Made by a program: the position numbers and the translations under genes. DNA of 64,000 nt, taken from positions 1,017-65,016 of the forward strand of contig JBBTEI010000028.1 of the NCBI GenBank assembly GCA_038042405.1, in the 5' to 3' direction. Of the stretch, positions 9,852 to 19,670 are shown one piece after another. The notes beneath the pieces were generated by a model. That model did no database searches and had not been told where the DNA came from. It saw only the letters and a program-made list of their open reading frames with translations. This DNA is from Pseudomonadota bacterium. GTDB lineage: Bacteria; Pseudomonadota; Alphaproteobacteria; Sphingomonadales; Sphingomonadaceae. The first letter of the stretch is position 1, and each line of letters begins with the position of its first letter.

Positions 9852-10577
9852 ATGATGATACGTAAGACAATGATGCTGGCTGCTGTTGGCGCGATGGTGC
9901 TTCTCGCAGGCTGTGACAAACAGGTGGCGCTCCCTGAAAAGGAAAGCACGACAGTCGCCGCGATGGGCAAATGGCTCGAAACGACCGTAATGACGCCCGA
10001 AGGCGGGATGCTGATGGGTAATCCAGCGGCAAAAGTGAAGCTGATCGAATACGGCGCGCTCACCTGCTCACATTGTGCGGATTTCGCAAAGGAATCGCAT
10101 GAAGAACTGCGTGCGATGATCGCGAAGGGCACCGTGTCCTATGAATTTCGCAATTTCCTCCTGAGCGCAATTGACGTGCCGGCGGCGATCCTCGCGCGTT
10201 GCGGCGGGCCTGGGCCGTTCTTCACGATTTCGGATCAGTTGTTTGCAGCGCAACCCGAATGGCTTGGCGCAACGCAGGACATCACCGCATCCGAACAGTC
10301 GCAGTGGGCGAGCTTCCCGCCAGAACTGCTTGCGCAAGTGCTTGCTGATAAGCTCGGCCTTGTTAAATTCGTGCGTGAACGCGGCATCGGGATCGAGAAG
10401 GCGAAGGCCTGTCTGTCGGATAAGGCGGCCTTTGATAAGCTGACCGAAATGCAAAAGACCGCTGTCGAGCAATTCAAGGTCAGCGGCACGCCAACCTTCA
10501 TCATAAATGGTCTAGTCGCCGAAAATATTGGTAATTGGGAAAAGCTTGAGCCAGCACTTAAGGCCGCCGGAGCTTAA
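9852..10577 (+). CDS. DsbA-family thioredoxin-fold lipoprotein (tandem paralog)
   Basis: Lipobox LAGC, MGNPAAK, EYGALTCSHC, GTPTFIIN. Confidence 0.85.
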   Translation: MMIRKTMMLAAVGAMVLLAGCDKQVALPEKESTTVAAMGKWLETTVMTPEGGMLMGNPAAKVKLIEYGALTCSHCADFAKESHEELRAMIAKGTVSYEFRNFLLSAIDVPAAILARCGGPGPFFTISDQLFAAQPEWLGATQDITASEQSQWASFPPELLAQVLADKLGLVKFVRERGIGIEKAKACLSDKAAFDKLTEMQKTAVEQFKVSGTPTFIINGLVAENIGNWEKLEPALKAAGA

Positions 10578-10582
10578 CCTCA

Positions 10583-13500
10583 TTGCAGATCAAGCGCCTC
10601 AAACTCTCTGGTTTCAAAAGTTTCGTTGAGCCGGCGGAACTGAGGGTTGAGCGCGGACTGACTGGCATTGTCGGGCCGAATGGCTGCGGTAAATCGAACC
10701 TGCTTGAGGCCATCCGCTGGGTGATGGGTGAGGGCAGCGCCAAGTCCCTACGCGGCGGCGCAATGGATGATGTGATCTTTGCGGGCACGACCCAGCGCCC
10801 ATCACGCGATTTTGCCGAAGTATCGATCTTGCTCGATGGCGACGCGGCGAGCGATCGCGGCGAAACCGAAGTCGTTCGCCGGATTGAGCGCGGCGCGGGT
10901 TCGGCCTACCGGATCAACGGACGCGATGTTCGTGCCAAGGATGTGGCCTTATTGTTCGCCGATGCTGCCACCGGCGCACATTCGCCAGCACTTGTCAGCC
11001 AAGGGCGGATCAGCGCGGTTATCTCGGCCAAGCCTGCCGAGCGCCGGGCGATGCTTGAGGAAGCGGCCGGCATTTCTGGGCTTCATGTCCGCCGCAAAGA
11101 TGCCGAGCAAAAACTGCGTGCAACCGAAACCAATCTGGGACGCCTTGATGAAGTGCTTACCGATATGGAACAGCGCGCAGGCAATCTCCGGCGGCAGGCA
11201 AAGGCGGCTGAGCGCTATCGCAAGCTGACGGGCGAGATCAAAATTGCCGAAGGGCGTTTGATCTTTGCGCGTTGGCGCGATGCAGCCGCAGCAGCGGACA
11301 AGGCCAAGGCCGAAGCGGCCCTTGCCGAAACCAAAGTCAGCGAGGCAGCCGAAGCCCAGCGTGCCGCTGCTGCATGGCAAGCGCAGGCCGTCACCAAACT
11401 CGCGGCTTTGCGCAGTGCTGCCGAGGCCGCGCGTACAGCGGCAGGTGCCGTGGGCCACCGGCTTGCAACACTTGGGAGCGAAAGTGCAGCGCTTGACCGT
11501 CGGATTGCCGAGCTTGCCAGCCAGCGTGTGCGGCTCGAAAGTGACCGCGCACGCGAAGGCGAACTCGCAAGCGATGCTGCCGCCGCGCTCGCCCGGCTTT
11601 TGTCGGAATCCAAAGCGCTTGATGCGCGTATTGTGGAAGCCGAAGCACAGCGCCCTGCCTTTGCGGGGCGCATTGCACAGGCAGAGGCGGCTGTTCGCGA
11701 TGCCGAAGTGGCACTTGCTCAAGCGCTTGCTGCGCAAGCTCGCGAACAAGCTGAAGCGCGTGTGGCCGATGCAGCGCTTGCTGCTGCCGTTGCGCGCGCT
11801 GAACGTACCGGGCGTGACAAGGCCCGCCTCGATCAGGAAATGGCTGGTTTGGGCAGCGATGCACCGTTGATTGATGTGCGCGATGCCGCCGTGGCAAAGC
11901 GCACACGCGCTGAAGTGGACGCAGTGGAAGCGCGCGCAGCGATTGATACTGCAGAAACCGCGCGCACTGCCACTGTCGCCACACGCGACAAAGCCCAAAG
12001 TATGGGTGCATCAGCACAAGCCGCACTTTCCGCACTCGAAGGCGAAGCCCGCGCTTTGCTCAAGGCGCTTGAAGCAACTGGTGGCAAGGCGCGCGCACTT
12101 GATCAATTGCGTGTTGCACCGGGTTATGAACGTGCACTGGCCGCCGCGCTTGGCGATGATCTTGAGGCGGAAATTGGCACTGGCGTCGCGCGAGGCTGGG
12201 CTGGAGCGGACAGCGTGGCGAGCGATCCGCCACTCCCTGAAGGTGCCGCGCCGCTGAGCCACCATGTCTCTGCGCCAGATGCGCTTGCCCGGCGTATCGC
12301 GCAAATCGCAGTTGTTGACCGTGACGAAGGGCAGCCACTTGCGGTCGGCCAGCGGATTGTGACGCGTGATGGCCAGATGCGCCGCTGGGACGGATTCATT
12401 GCGGATGGTGATGGTGCGGCAGCGGCGGAGCGGTTGGAGCGGGTCAATCGTCTCGCTACAATTGAGGTTGTGCTGCCATCTGCAAAAGCTGATGTTGCAA
12501 CGGCGCTGGAAGCGCTTGGCACCGCCGAACGTGTGATTGGTGAGGCGCGTGTGGCCGCAGAGTCTGCGCGTCGTCGGCTTGAGGCAAATGAAGTCGCTAT
12601 TCGCACCGCCCAACGTGATGAAGATCAAGCGATAACTGCGCTCGAACGGCTGACGTCTCGCCGTGCCGAATTTGTCGAGCGGCTAGCGCGTGCGCAGGCT
12701 GAGCTCGTCGAGGCTGAGGGCGATGTTACGGCGGCCAAGGTTGCGCGTGCAGCGCTCCCCGACGGGGTTTCCACCGGTCAACGCGTCGCACAATTACAGT
12801 CGGCAAGTGAGGCGACCCGCGCATCCGCAGCGCAGATCAAGGCAGAGGCGGGGGCGCTTGATCGCACGATAACGGCTGACCGTGAACGACTCAGCGCCGC
12901 ACAGGCTGAAAGCAAAGGCTGGAAAAGTCGCGCGGGTGAGGCCGCCGCGCGCATCACCGAGATGGATAAGCGCGCCGCAGCAGCCGAGGCTGAAGCGCTT
13001 ACACTCGTTGACGCACCTGCAAAGCTTGCAGCATCCATCGCCAGCGCTGAGGCCGAAAATGCCGCACTCATAATTGCCACGAGCGAAGCTGCCGCTGCTG
13101 AGCGTGCCGCCGAAGAGGAATTGCGCGGACATCAAGCGGTGCTTGATACCATTGTCGAAGGCCTTGCAGCCGCGCGTGAGGAGCGGGCAGGGGCGGTTGC
13201 GCGTGCCGAAAACCAAGAACTGCGCCGGATCGAAATGGGTCGCATTTCGGGCGAACGCTTTGAGTGTCCACCGCCTCTACTTCCAGAGCGGGTTGGTTTT
13301 AACGCGAGCGAGGTAGGTCAGGCAGATAGTGAATCACCGCGCCTTGAGCGGCTTACGCTTGATCGCGAACGGATTGGCCCAGTCAATCTCCTCGCCGAGG
13401 AAGAGCTTGCCGAAATCGAGAGCGAGCGCGAAAAATCCGCTGCTGAGCGTGATGAACTTGCCGAAGCGATCACCCGCCTGCGCGGCTCAATCGGCAGTCT

Positions 13501-13999
13501 CAACCGTGAAGGCCGCACCCGCTTGCTCGCGGCGTTTGAGGCCGTTAACGGTCATTTCCAACGGCTGTTTTCGACGCTGTTTGATGGCGGCGCGGCCCAT
13601 CTCGCGCTGATCGATAGCGATGATCCGCTTGAGGCGGGGTTGGAGATATTTGCGCAGCCGCCCGGCAAACGGCTGGCCGCGCTCACGTTGCTTTCGGGCG
13701 GTGAACAGGCACTCACTGCGGTTGCGCTGATCTTCGGGCTGTTCCTCACCAACCCCGCGCCAATCTGCGTACTTGACGAAGTTGATGCTCCGCTTGACGA
13801 TGCCAACATCGAACGCTTCTGCGATCTGCTCGACGCGATGAGCCGAGAAACTGCAACGCGTTACCTTATCGTCACGCACAACGCCGTCACGATGAGCCGG
13901 ATGCACCGCCTGTTCGGGGTGACGATGATCGAACAGGGGATCAGCCGGTTGGTGTCGGTTGATCTAGGCGGGGCCGAGGCGCTGCTCGCGGCGGAATAG
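10583..13999 (+). CDS. smc: Chromosome segregation protein SMC
   Basis: Walker A GPNGCGKSN, long coiled coils with hinge, signature LSGGE, Walker B/D-loop LDEVDAPLDD, H-loop VTHN; TTG start. Confidence 0.95.
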   Translation: MQIKRLKLSGFKSFVEPAELRVERGLTGIVGPNGCGKSNLLEAIRWVMGEGSAKSLRGGAMDDVIFAGTTQRPSRDFAEVSILLDGDAASDRGETEVVRRIERGAGSAYRINGRDVRAKDVALLFADAATGAHSPALVSQGRISAVISAKPAERRAMLEEAAGISGLHVRRKDAEQKLRATETNLGRLDEVLTDMEQRAGNLRRQAKAAERYRKLTGEIKIAEGRLIFARWRDAAAAADKAKAEAALAETKVSEAAEAQRAAAAWQAQAVTKLAALRSAAEAARTAAGAVGHRLATLGSESAALDRRIAELASQRVRLESDRAREGELASDAAAALARLLSESKALDARIVEAEAQRPAFAGRIAQAEAAVRDAEVALAQALAAQAREQAEARVADAALAAAVARAERTGRDKARLDQEMAGLGSDAPLIDVRDAAVAKRTRAEVDAVEARAAIDTAETARTATVATRDKAQSMGASAQAALSALEGEARALLKALEATGGKARALDQLRVAPGYERALAAALGDDLEAEIGTGVARGWAGADSVASDPPLPEGAAPLSHHVSAPDALARRIAQIAVVDRDEGQPLAVGQRIVTRDGQMRRWDGFIADGDGAAAAERLERVNRLATIEVVLPSAKADVATALEALGTAERVIGEARVAAESARRRLEANEVAIRTAQRDEDQAITALERLTSRRAEFVERLARAQAELVEAEGDVTAAKVARAALPDGVSTGQRVAQLQSASEATRASAAQIKAEAGALDRTITADRERLSAAQAESKGWKSRAGEAAARITEMDKRAAAAEAEALTLVDAPAKLAASIASAEAENAALIIATSEAAAAERAAEEELRGHQAVLDTIVEGLAAAREERAGAVARAENQELRRIEMGRISGERFECPPPLLPERVGFNASEVGQADSESPRLERLTLDRERIGPVNLLAEEELAEIESEREKSAAERDELAEAITRLRGSIGSLNREGRTRLLAAFEAVNGHFQRLFSTLFDGGAAHLALIDSDDPLEAGLEIFAQPPGKRLAALTLLSGGEQALTAVALIFGLFLTNPAPICVLDEVDAPLDDANIERFCDLLDAMSRETATRYLIVTHNAVTMSRMHRLFGVTMIEQGISRLVSVDLGGAEALLAAE

Positions 14000-14054
14000 T
14001 TTACCCATGCGGCATCAGGTGATGGTGCCTTCGCCAACTTTGAGAGGTTAACTC

Positions 14055-14735
14055 ATGCAAATCGCCTTCCTCCTCTTCCCCGGTCTTACCCAGCTTGACA
14101 TGACTGGCCCTGCGCAATTCCTTTCGCGGATGCCGGGGGCCAAGATGGATTTGGTCTGGAAGAGCCTTGGTCCGGTGATGACTGACGCCGGCTTTGCGAT
14201 TGTGCCGACCGCGACCTTTGCTTCGCTGCCGAAGGCTGACATTCTTTGCATCCCGGGCGGCATCGGTGTGTCCGATGTAATGAATGATGATGAGGCGATG
14301 GCCTGGATTCGCAGCGTCGGTGCCGAGGCGAGCTGGGTGACGAGCGTTTGCACGGGTTCGCTGATCCTTGGTGCGGCGGGTTTGCTCAAAGGCTATAAGG
14401 CGACGTCGCATTGGGCTTGGCATCACCATCTTGCACTGTTCGGGGCGGAGCCAGTCAAAGCGCGGACGGTGTTTGATCGTAACCGCATGACCGGTGGCGG
14501 GGTGACGGCAGGGATTGACTTTGCACTCGCGCTGATTGCGGCAGTGAGTGGCGAAGGCGTGGCCAAGACGCTCCAGCTTGGGCTTGAATATGATCCCGCG
14601 CCACCGTTTGATACAGGCTCGCCCGAAAAGGCAGGCGCTGCGATTGTTGAGGCTTACACAGTAGCAGTGAGCGCATCCTTCCCGGCGCGTGAAGCAGAGA
14701 TTAAGGCGGCGGCACTTCGGCTTGGCTTTGGATGA
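14055..14735 (+). CDS. DJ-1/PfpI family protein (isonitrile hydratase-like)
   Basis: QLDMTGP, SVCTGSLILGAAGLL, TSHW, GGGVTAGIDFAL, QLGLEYDPAPPF. Confidence 0.85.
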   Translation: MQIAFLLFPGLTQLDMTGPAQFLSRMPGAKMDLVWKSLGPVMTDAGFAIVPTATFASLPKADILCIPGGIGVSDVMNDDEAMAWIRSVGAEASWVTSVCTGSLILGAAGLLKGYKATSHWAWHHHLALFGAEPVKARTVFDRNRMTGGGVTAGIDFALALIAAVSGEGVAKTLQLGLEYDPAPPFDTGSPEKAGAAIVEAYTVAVSASFPAREAEIKAAALRLGFG

Positions 14736-14781
14736 GCCTATACACTTTCCTAACGCGTGATTCGCGAGGGGAGAAAGAGCC

Positions 14782-16533
14782 ATGAAACGAGCAATTGCGG
14801 CATTTGCGCTTTTGTTGATGTCCACCACCAGCCATGCCTCGCCCGCCGATGATCTTAAAACCGTCATCGCCGATCATTGGAAATGGTGGCTTTCGGTCAA
14901 TCCTGTGTGGGCAACGTCGCTTGGTGTTCGCGATCATGATGACCGGATTGGTGATATCAGCCTCGCCGCCAGAGACCGTGACGCCGCGACTTCAAAGGGT
15001 TTTCTCGACCGGCTGACCGCGATTCCCGATGATGGTCTCGCTCCGCCGGAGCGCACCAATAAGGGCGTACTTGCACGGATGCTGGCAGAGGATGTCGAGG
15101 CCAATCGCTACGGCCAGCGGATGATGTTGTTTTCGACCTATGATGGCTGGCATCAGAGTTTTGCCGGGATGGCGAACAACCTCCCGTTCCGCACCCGCGC
15201 TGATTATGAAAGCTATTTGAAGCGGCTCGCGCTGTACCCAAAGCTCAACGGTGACGGCATTGTGATTTCGCGTGAAGCGGTGGCGAAGGGGTTTGTTCAG
15301 CCGTGCGCCGCACTTGGCGGGTTTGAGAAAACGATCCTTGGTGCGGTTGCCGGAGCGCCAGAAGCCACGCGTTTCTATGCGCCGTTCAAGAATGCGCGGC
15401 CCACTGATCTCAGCGAGGCCGATTGGAAAGCGATGCAGGCGCGCGCGGCAGGGCTGATCCGCACTGTTCTGACGCCCGAATATCAGAAGTTCTATGATTT
15501 CTATACTAAAGAGTATCAGCCCAAATGTGCCAAGACGATTGGCGTGTTGGCGCTGCCCGAAGGATCGGCCTACTATGCTTTTCGTGCGCGTTCGCACACA
15601 ACGACTGATCTATCGCCCGATCAAATCCACAAGATCGGCCTTGATGAAGTCGCCCGCATTCGCGCGCGGATGGATAAAGTCGCACAGGAGGCTGGCTACA
15701 CCTCGCGCGCGGCGATGATTGCGAAGCTACGCACTGATCCCAAATATTATGCCAAAACGCCTGATGAGTTGATGGCGGCGGCCTCGCAAATGGCCAAGAT
15801 CATTGATGGCAAAATGCCGCAATATTATGCGACGTTGCCGCGCCTGCCCTATGGTCTCAAGCAAATTCCCAAGGAGACGGCGGAGACGACCACGACGGCC
15901 TATTATAATCCCGGATCACCCGAAAGCGGGATCGCGGGGAATTATTACGTCAACACATCAAAGCTGCCACAGCGCCCGCTTTGGGAATTGCCTGCACTTA
16001 CAGTGCATGAGGCGGTGCCAGGCCATCATCACCAGATTGCGCTCCAGCAGGAACTGCCGCTGCCTGATTTTCGCAAACATGCCGCAAGCTTCACCGCTTT
16101 TGTTGAGGGGTGGGGGCTGTATTCGGAATATGTTGGCGAGGAGATGGGGATTTATGACACGCCAGAGAAAATGATGGGGCGGCTATCCTATGAAATGTGG
16201 CGCGCCTGTCGATTGGTGGTCGATACGGGGATGCACTCAAAAGGCTGGAGTAAGGCTCAGGCAATTGCGTTCATGACCGATAACAGCGCGCTCTCTGCAG
16301 CGAATATTGAGGCTGAAGTGAACCGCTATATCAGTTGGCCAGGGCAGGCGCTTGGCTATAAAATCGGTGAAATCAAGGTCCGCGAATTGCGTGGGCGGGC
16401 CGAAAAAGCGCTTGGCACCAAATTCGATGTGCGACGCTTCCATGATGCCGTGCTGTTGCAAGGAGCTGTGCCGCTTGAAGTGCTTGAACGACAGATTGAC
16501 GATTGGATCGCAAGCGAAATGGGTAGAGGCTAG
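14782..16533 (+). CDS. DUF885 family protein (secreted)
   Basis: Signal peptide; HEAVPGHH, EGWGLYSE, EVNRYISWPGQALGYKIG. Confidence 0.85.
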   Translation: MKRAIAAFALLLMSTTSHASPADDLKTVIADHWKWWLSVNPVWATSLGVRDHDDRIGDISLAARDRDAATSKGFLDRLTAIPDDGLAPPERTNKGVLARMLAEDVEANRYGQRMMLFSTYDGWHQSFAGMANNLPFRTRADYESYLKRLALYPKLNGDGIVISREAVAKGFVQPCAALGGFEKTILGAVAGAPEATRFYAPFKNARPTDLSEADWKAMQARAAGLIRTVLTPEYQKFYDFYTKEYQPKCAKTIGVLALPEGSAYYAFRARSHTTTDLSPDQIHKIGLDEVARIRARMDKVAQEAGYTSRAAMIAKLRTDPKYYAKTPDELMAAASQMAKIIDGKMPQYYATLPRLPYGLKQIPKETAETTTTAYYNPGSPESGIAGNYYVNTSKLPQRPLWELPALTVHEAVPGHHHQIALQQELPLPDFRKHAASFTAFVEGWGLYSEYVGEEMGIYDTPEKMMGRLSYEMWRACRLVVDTGMHSKGWSKAQAIAFMTDNSALSAANIEAEVNRYISWPGQALGYKIGEIKVRELRGRAEKALGTKFDVRRFHDAVLLQGAVPLEVLERQIDDWIASEMGRG

Positions 16534-16534
16534 G

Positions 16535-16900
16535 CTATTCGGCGTCGCGTTCAGCTTTTTTGGCCTCGCGCGCTAACTTCGCTTCTTCGCGTGCAGCGCG
16601 GAGTTGCTTGGCAAAGCAGGTGTCGATAATTCCGCCTGCGGCTGAACAACCGGGGCCGGAATAGCCTTCGGCGAGTGTGGCTTGTGAGCGCACTGCCCAG
16701 CTCTGGCTGTCAGGGGACGGTGTTGTCTGGCGTAAGCCCTTGGGAATGCGATAACGCTCTGCTTCGGGCGCGCGGACGCAGATCGTGTTGGCGGGACATT
16801 TGTCACTACCGAAAATGGTCAAAACCCGCTCTTGCGCCATCAGTGGCGTTGAAAGCGGAAGTGCGCCCAATAGTAAGGCGAGTGACAGGATTTTTTTCAT
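16535..16900 (-). CDS. Small secreted hypothetical protein with 4 Cys
   Basis: MKKILSLALLLG signal peptide; GSDKCP..ICV..E.ERYRIP; charged C-terminal helix. Confidence 0.7.
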   Translation of the reverse strand: MKKILSLALLLGALPLSTPLMAQERVLTIFGSDKCPANTICVRAPEAERYRIPKGLRQTTPSPDSQSWAVRSQATLAEGYSGPGCSAAGGIIDTCFAKQLRAAREEAKLAREAKKAERDAE

Positions 16901-16949
16901 AAGCGCTTCATTCCCCAAACAAGATGAACATGCAATGAAGTGTGGCACA

Positions 16950-17465
16950 TCAAATGCGTTTTGAGGCCATGATCGCCGCGCGGCAACCAAGCCGGACAAG
17001 CGCGCTAATCACCGGAAAGCCCGGCGCGTGCTCTGCCCCTTCGGCAAGGGCGGTTGCTTTATGTTCAAGCTCTTCCGCCTGAAAATCGGCGATGGCCTCC
17101 GAAAGCTCAGGATCAGTGCCGCCAAGTTCTTGCAGTTGTTCGCCGTAATGGCGGTCGATCTCGGTCTCAATTGCAACGGTGCAGGCCATAGCCGCCTCTG
17201 GCCCGACGATGGCCGAGGCTGCGCCAAGCGCAAAACCAGCGACATGCCAGAATGGTTGCAGCAATGTCGGGCGAACCCCGCGCTCTGCCATCATCGCGTT
17301 AAAATGTTCCAGATGGCGCTGTTCCTGCGCTGCCATATGGCGGATCGAGCGCGCGGCGGGAGTGCGATTGCCCATTACCGCAAGTTGCCCCGCATAGATA
17401 CGCGCCGCACCATATTCACCGGCTTGGTTGACGCGGATCATTGCGGCGGTCTCGGCTTTGTCCAT
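16950..17465 (-). CDS. coq7: Demethoxyubiquinone hydroxylase (Coq7-type di-iron)
   Basis: IRVNQAGEYGA, EQRH, ETEIDRHY, EELEH iron ligands. Confidence 0.9.
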   Translation of the reverse strand: MDKAETAAMIRVNQAGEYGAARIYAGQLAVMGNRTPAARSIRHMAAQEQRHLEHFNAMMAERGVRPTLLQPFWHVAGFALGAASAIVGPEAAMACTVAIETEIDRHYGEQLQELGGTDPELSEAIADFQAEELEHKATALAEGAEHAPGFPVISALVRLGCRAAIMASKRI

Positions 17466-17926
17466 TAGTTCTTCCTCATCAGCAAGCGCATGATTAGCAA
17501 AGCCCCGCCGATAGAGATCATACCATTATAACCCGCAAGCGAAATCCCGAATAAAGACCATTGCGCCTGATCACAGCGCACCAGCGGCGTTTTCATGATA
17601 TCGGCCATAATATTCCCACTGCCGCCACTTCCGGGAACCTGGCTGCACTGGGTTAACCCCTCCCACCAATGATATTCAACGCCTGCATGGAATATGCCGA
17701 TGCCGCCGCTGACCAGAATCGCGAGCGCCGCCAGCCAAACCAGCGCGCGCTGCGGCAGGGCAAAGGCAAGTGCGGCGAGGCCAATTGCGGCGTAATGTGG
17801 CCAGCGTTGCCACAGGCACATTTCACAAGGCGCAAGCCCGCCAAGATATTGCGATCCAAGCGCGCCCGCCATGAGCGCACCCGGAATGATGAGCGCGCGC
17901 GCGCGCGCTTTTGCAAAGCCTGTCAT
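17465..17926 (-). CDS. dsbB: Disulfide bond formation protein B family
   Basis: PCEMCLWQRWPH, FHAGVEYHWW, second Cys pair, four TM segments. Confidence 0.85.
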   Translation of the reverse strand: MTGFAKARARALIIPGALMAGALGSQYLGGLAPCEMCLWQRWPHYAAIGLAALAFALPQRALVWLAALAILVSGGIGIFHAGVEYHWWEGLTQCSQVPGSGGSGNIMADIMKTPLVRCDQAQWSLFGISLAGYNGMISIGGALLIMRLLMRKN

Positions 17927-17935
17927 CTCACTCGC

Positions 17936-19276
17936 TTATTTGCTGCCCTTGCGCACAGGTGCCGCCGCCACCGTCTGCGTCCGCGCAAGGCGTGAAATGG
18001 TATCAAGCGCATAGCTCAATTGGAAATCGGTAATGCCTTTTGCCTTCAACTGCTCTGGCGTTGCGGTGAAGCGCGGATCGGGCTTTTCATCGGTTTCAAG
18101 CACCGAATTATCAACCTTTGCTTCATTGATCAGATGGCGTCCAAGGTCGGCCTCACGGAAGCGGGGGCGGGTCTTGTAATCCACATCGGAAAGCTGCGGA
18201 ACGAGTACATCAGGCTCGATACCGCCCTCCTGAACCGAGCGACCCGATGGCGTATAATAACGCGCGGTGGTCAGGCGGAGCGCGGTGGTATCATCAAGCG
18301 GGAGCAGCGTCTGCACCGACCCCTTGCCAAAGCTGCGCTCACCCATGATCAGCGCGCGGTGATGATCTTGTAGAGCGCCCGCAACGATTTCTGCCGCTGA
18401 TGCCGAGCCTGAATCGACGAGCACAACCAATGGCAGACCGCGCGTAAAATCACCGGGCCGTGCGAAGTAACGCTCAATATCGCCCTTGTTGCGGCCGCGC
18501 TGCGATACGATTTCACCGCGATCAAGGAAAGCGTCAGACACTTCAATCGCCTGATCAAGCAAACCGCCGGGGTTTGACCGCAGATCGATCACATAGCCGG
18601 TTGGCTTGCGGCCAAGCGATTTATCGATGCTCGCGATTGCGGCGCGGACGCTTGACCCGGTGGCTTTTGAAAAGCCGTTAATATTGATAATGCCAACGCC
18701 GTTTTTGACTTCCCACTTGACCGGCTTGAGTTCGATAATTTCGCGCGTGAGCGTTACATCAAATGGCTTATCACGGCCGGGTCGTACCACGGTCAGGCGA
18801 ATGTTGGTGCCGGGGCGACCACGCATTTTATCAACCGCCTCATCAAGCGTGCCGCCGTAGATCAGCACACCGTCAAGATGGGTGATATAATCGCCGGCCT
18901 TTATCCCGCCGCGAAACGCGGGCGTATCCTCGGTTGGCGCGATGACTTTGACCGCGCCATCCTCAAGCGAAACCGAAAGGCCAAGCCCGCCATAATTGCC
19001 GTCAGTCGTCACACGCATCTGTTCAAAATCGCGCGCGTCGAGATAGCTGCTATGCGGATCAAGGCTGGCGAGCATCCCGTCAATCGCGCCCTTAATCAGG
19101 GTTTTATCATCAACTTTTTCAACATATTCGCTGCGCACCCGTTCGAACACGCTGATCAGCGGATCAAATTCATTGCGGATCGCGGCATCAACACTCGAAA
19201 TCGCAGCAGTGGTTGCCGGAATGAGCGCGACTGCCGAAACGGCAAGGGTGGCGCGGAACATGGATCTGGTCATCAT
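17936..19276 (-). CDS. S41 family C-terminal processing peptidase
   Basis: LDPHSSYL, PDZ domain, DLRSNPGGLL, SASAAEIVAGAL, FGKGSVQ. Confidence 0.9.
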   Translation of the reverse strand: MMTRSMFRATLAVSAVALIPATTAAISSVDAAIRNEFDPLISVFERVRSEYVEKVDDKTLIKGAIDGMLASLDPHSSYLDARDFEQMRVTTDGNYGGLGLSVSLEDGAVKVIAPTEDTPAFRGGIKAGDYITHLDGVLIYGGTLDEAVDKMRGRPGTNIRLTVVRPGRDKPFDVTLTREIIELKPVKWEVKNGVGIININGFSKATGSSVRAAIASIDKSLGRKPTGYVIDLRSNPGGLLDQAIEVSDAFLDRGEIVSQRGRNKGDIERYFARPGDFTRGLPLVVLVDSGSASAAEIVAGALQDHHRALIMGERSFGKGSVQTLLPLDDTTALRLTTARYYTPSGRSVQEGGIEPDVLVPQLSDVDYKTRPRFREADLGRHLINEAKVDNSVLETDEKPDPRFTATPEQLKAKGITDFQLSYALDTISRLARTQTVAAAPVRKGSK

Positions 19277-19475
19277 CTTGTCACTCTCAAAAACATACAA
19301 ACCGATGAATAACCGATTTTGGGGCCAAGCGAAACTGTTTCAAGTCCGATCGTAACGAAATAGGGTTAACCAGAGATTGCTAGCTAGCCTCACGCCATCC
19401 GTTATTCCCACGAAGGCGCAAACAAGGAAGAATAAAGCCCATTATTCTTAAGCGCGCGCCATTTCAGAAAGCTCC

Positions 19476-19670
19476 TTAAGACTGCGTAAGTTGACACTGA
19501 ATCCGTATATTCGCAACCGCATCCCAACCCGTGCTGAACGCCACCGCATCCTTGCGCCGCCGAAACGCATAAGCGGCCTGCCGCGACATCGACACGGCAG
19601 CACACGCGCGCTTGATGCTCCCGGTTTAGGCGAGCACCTCAAGAAAGCGCCGCTGGATGACGTGCGTCAG
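19476..19670 (-). pseudogene. Remnant of an HTH-like hypothetical gene with an internal stop and no start codon
   Basis: My translation: LTHVIQRRFLEVLA*TGSIKRACAAVSMSRQAAYAFRRRKDAVAFSTGWDAV; TAA at 19626-19628; resembles from memory the sphingomonad WTPERQ..FLEALAETGSV..ACR.VGMS...AY.LR..W domain. Confidence 0.6.

Noticed and set aside
10949-11998. 349-aa antisense ORF inside smc (likewise 14001-14867, 54982-55647, 57397-58389, 44258-45205)
   Set aside because: Shadow ORFs expected opposite GC-rich, codon-biased genes. They have no recognisable motifs and fully overlap confidently identified genes.
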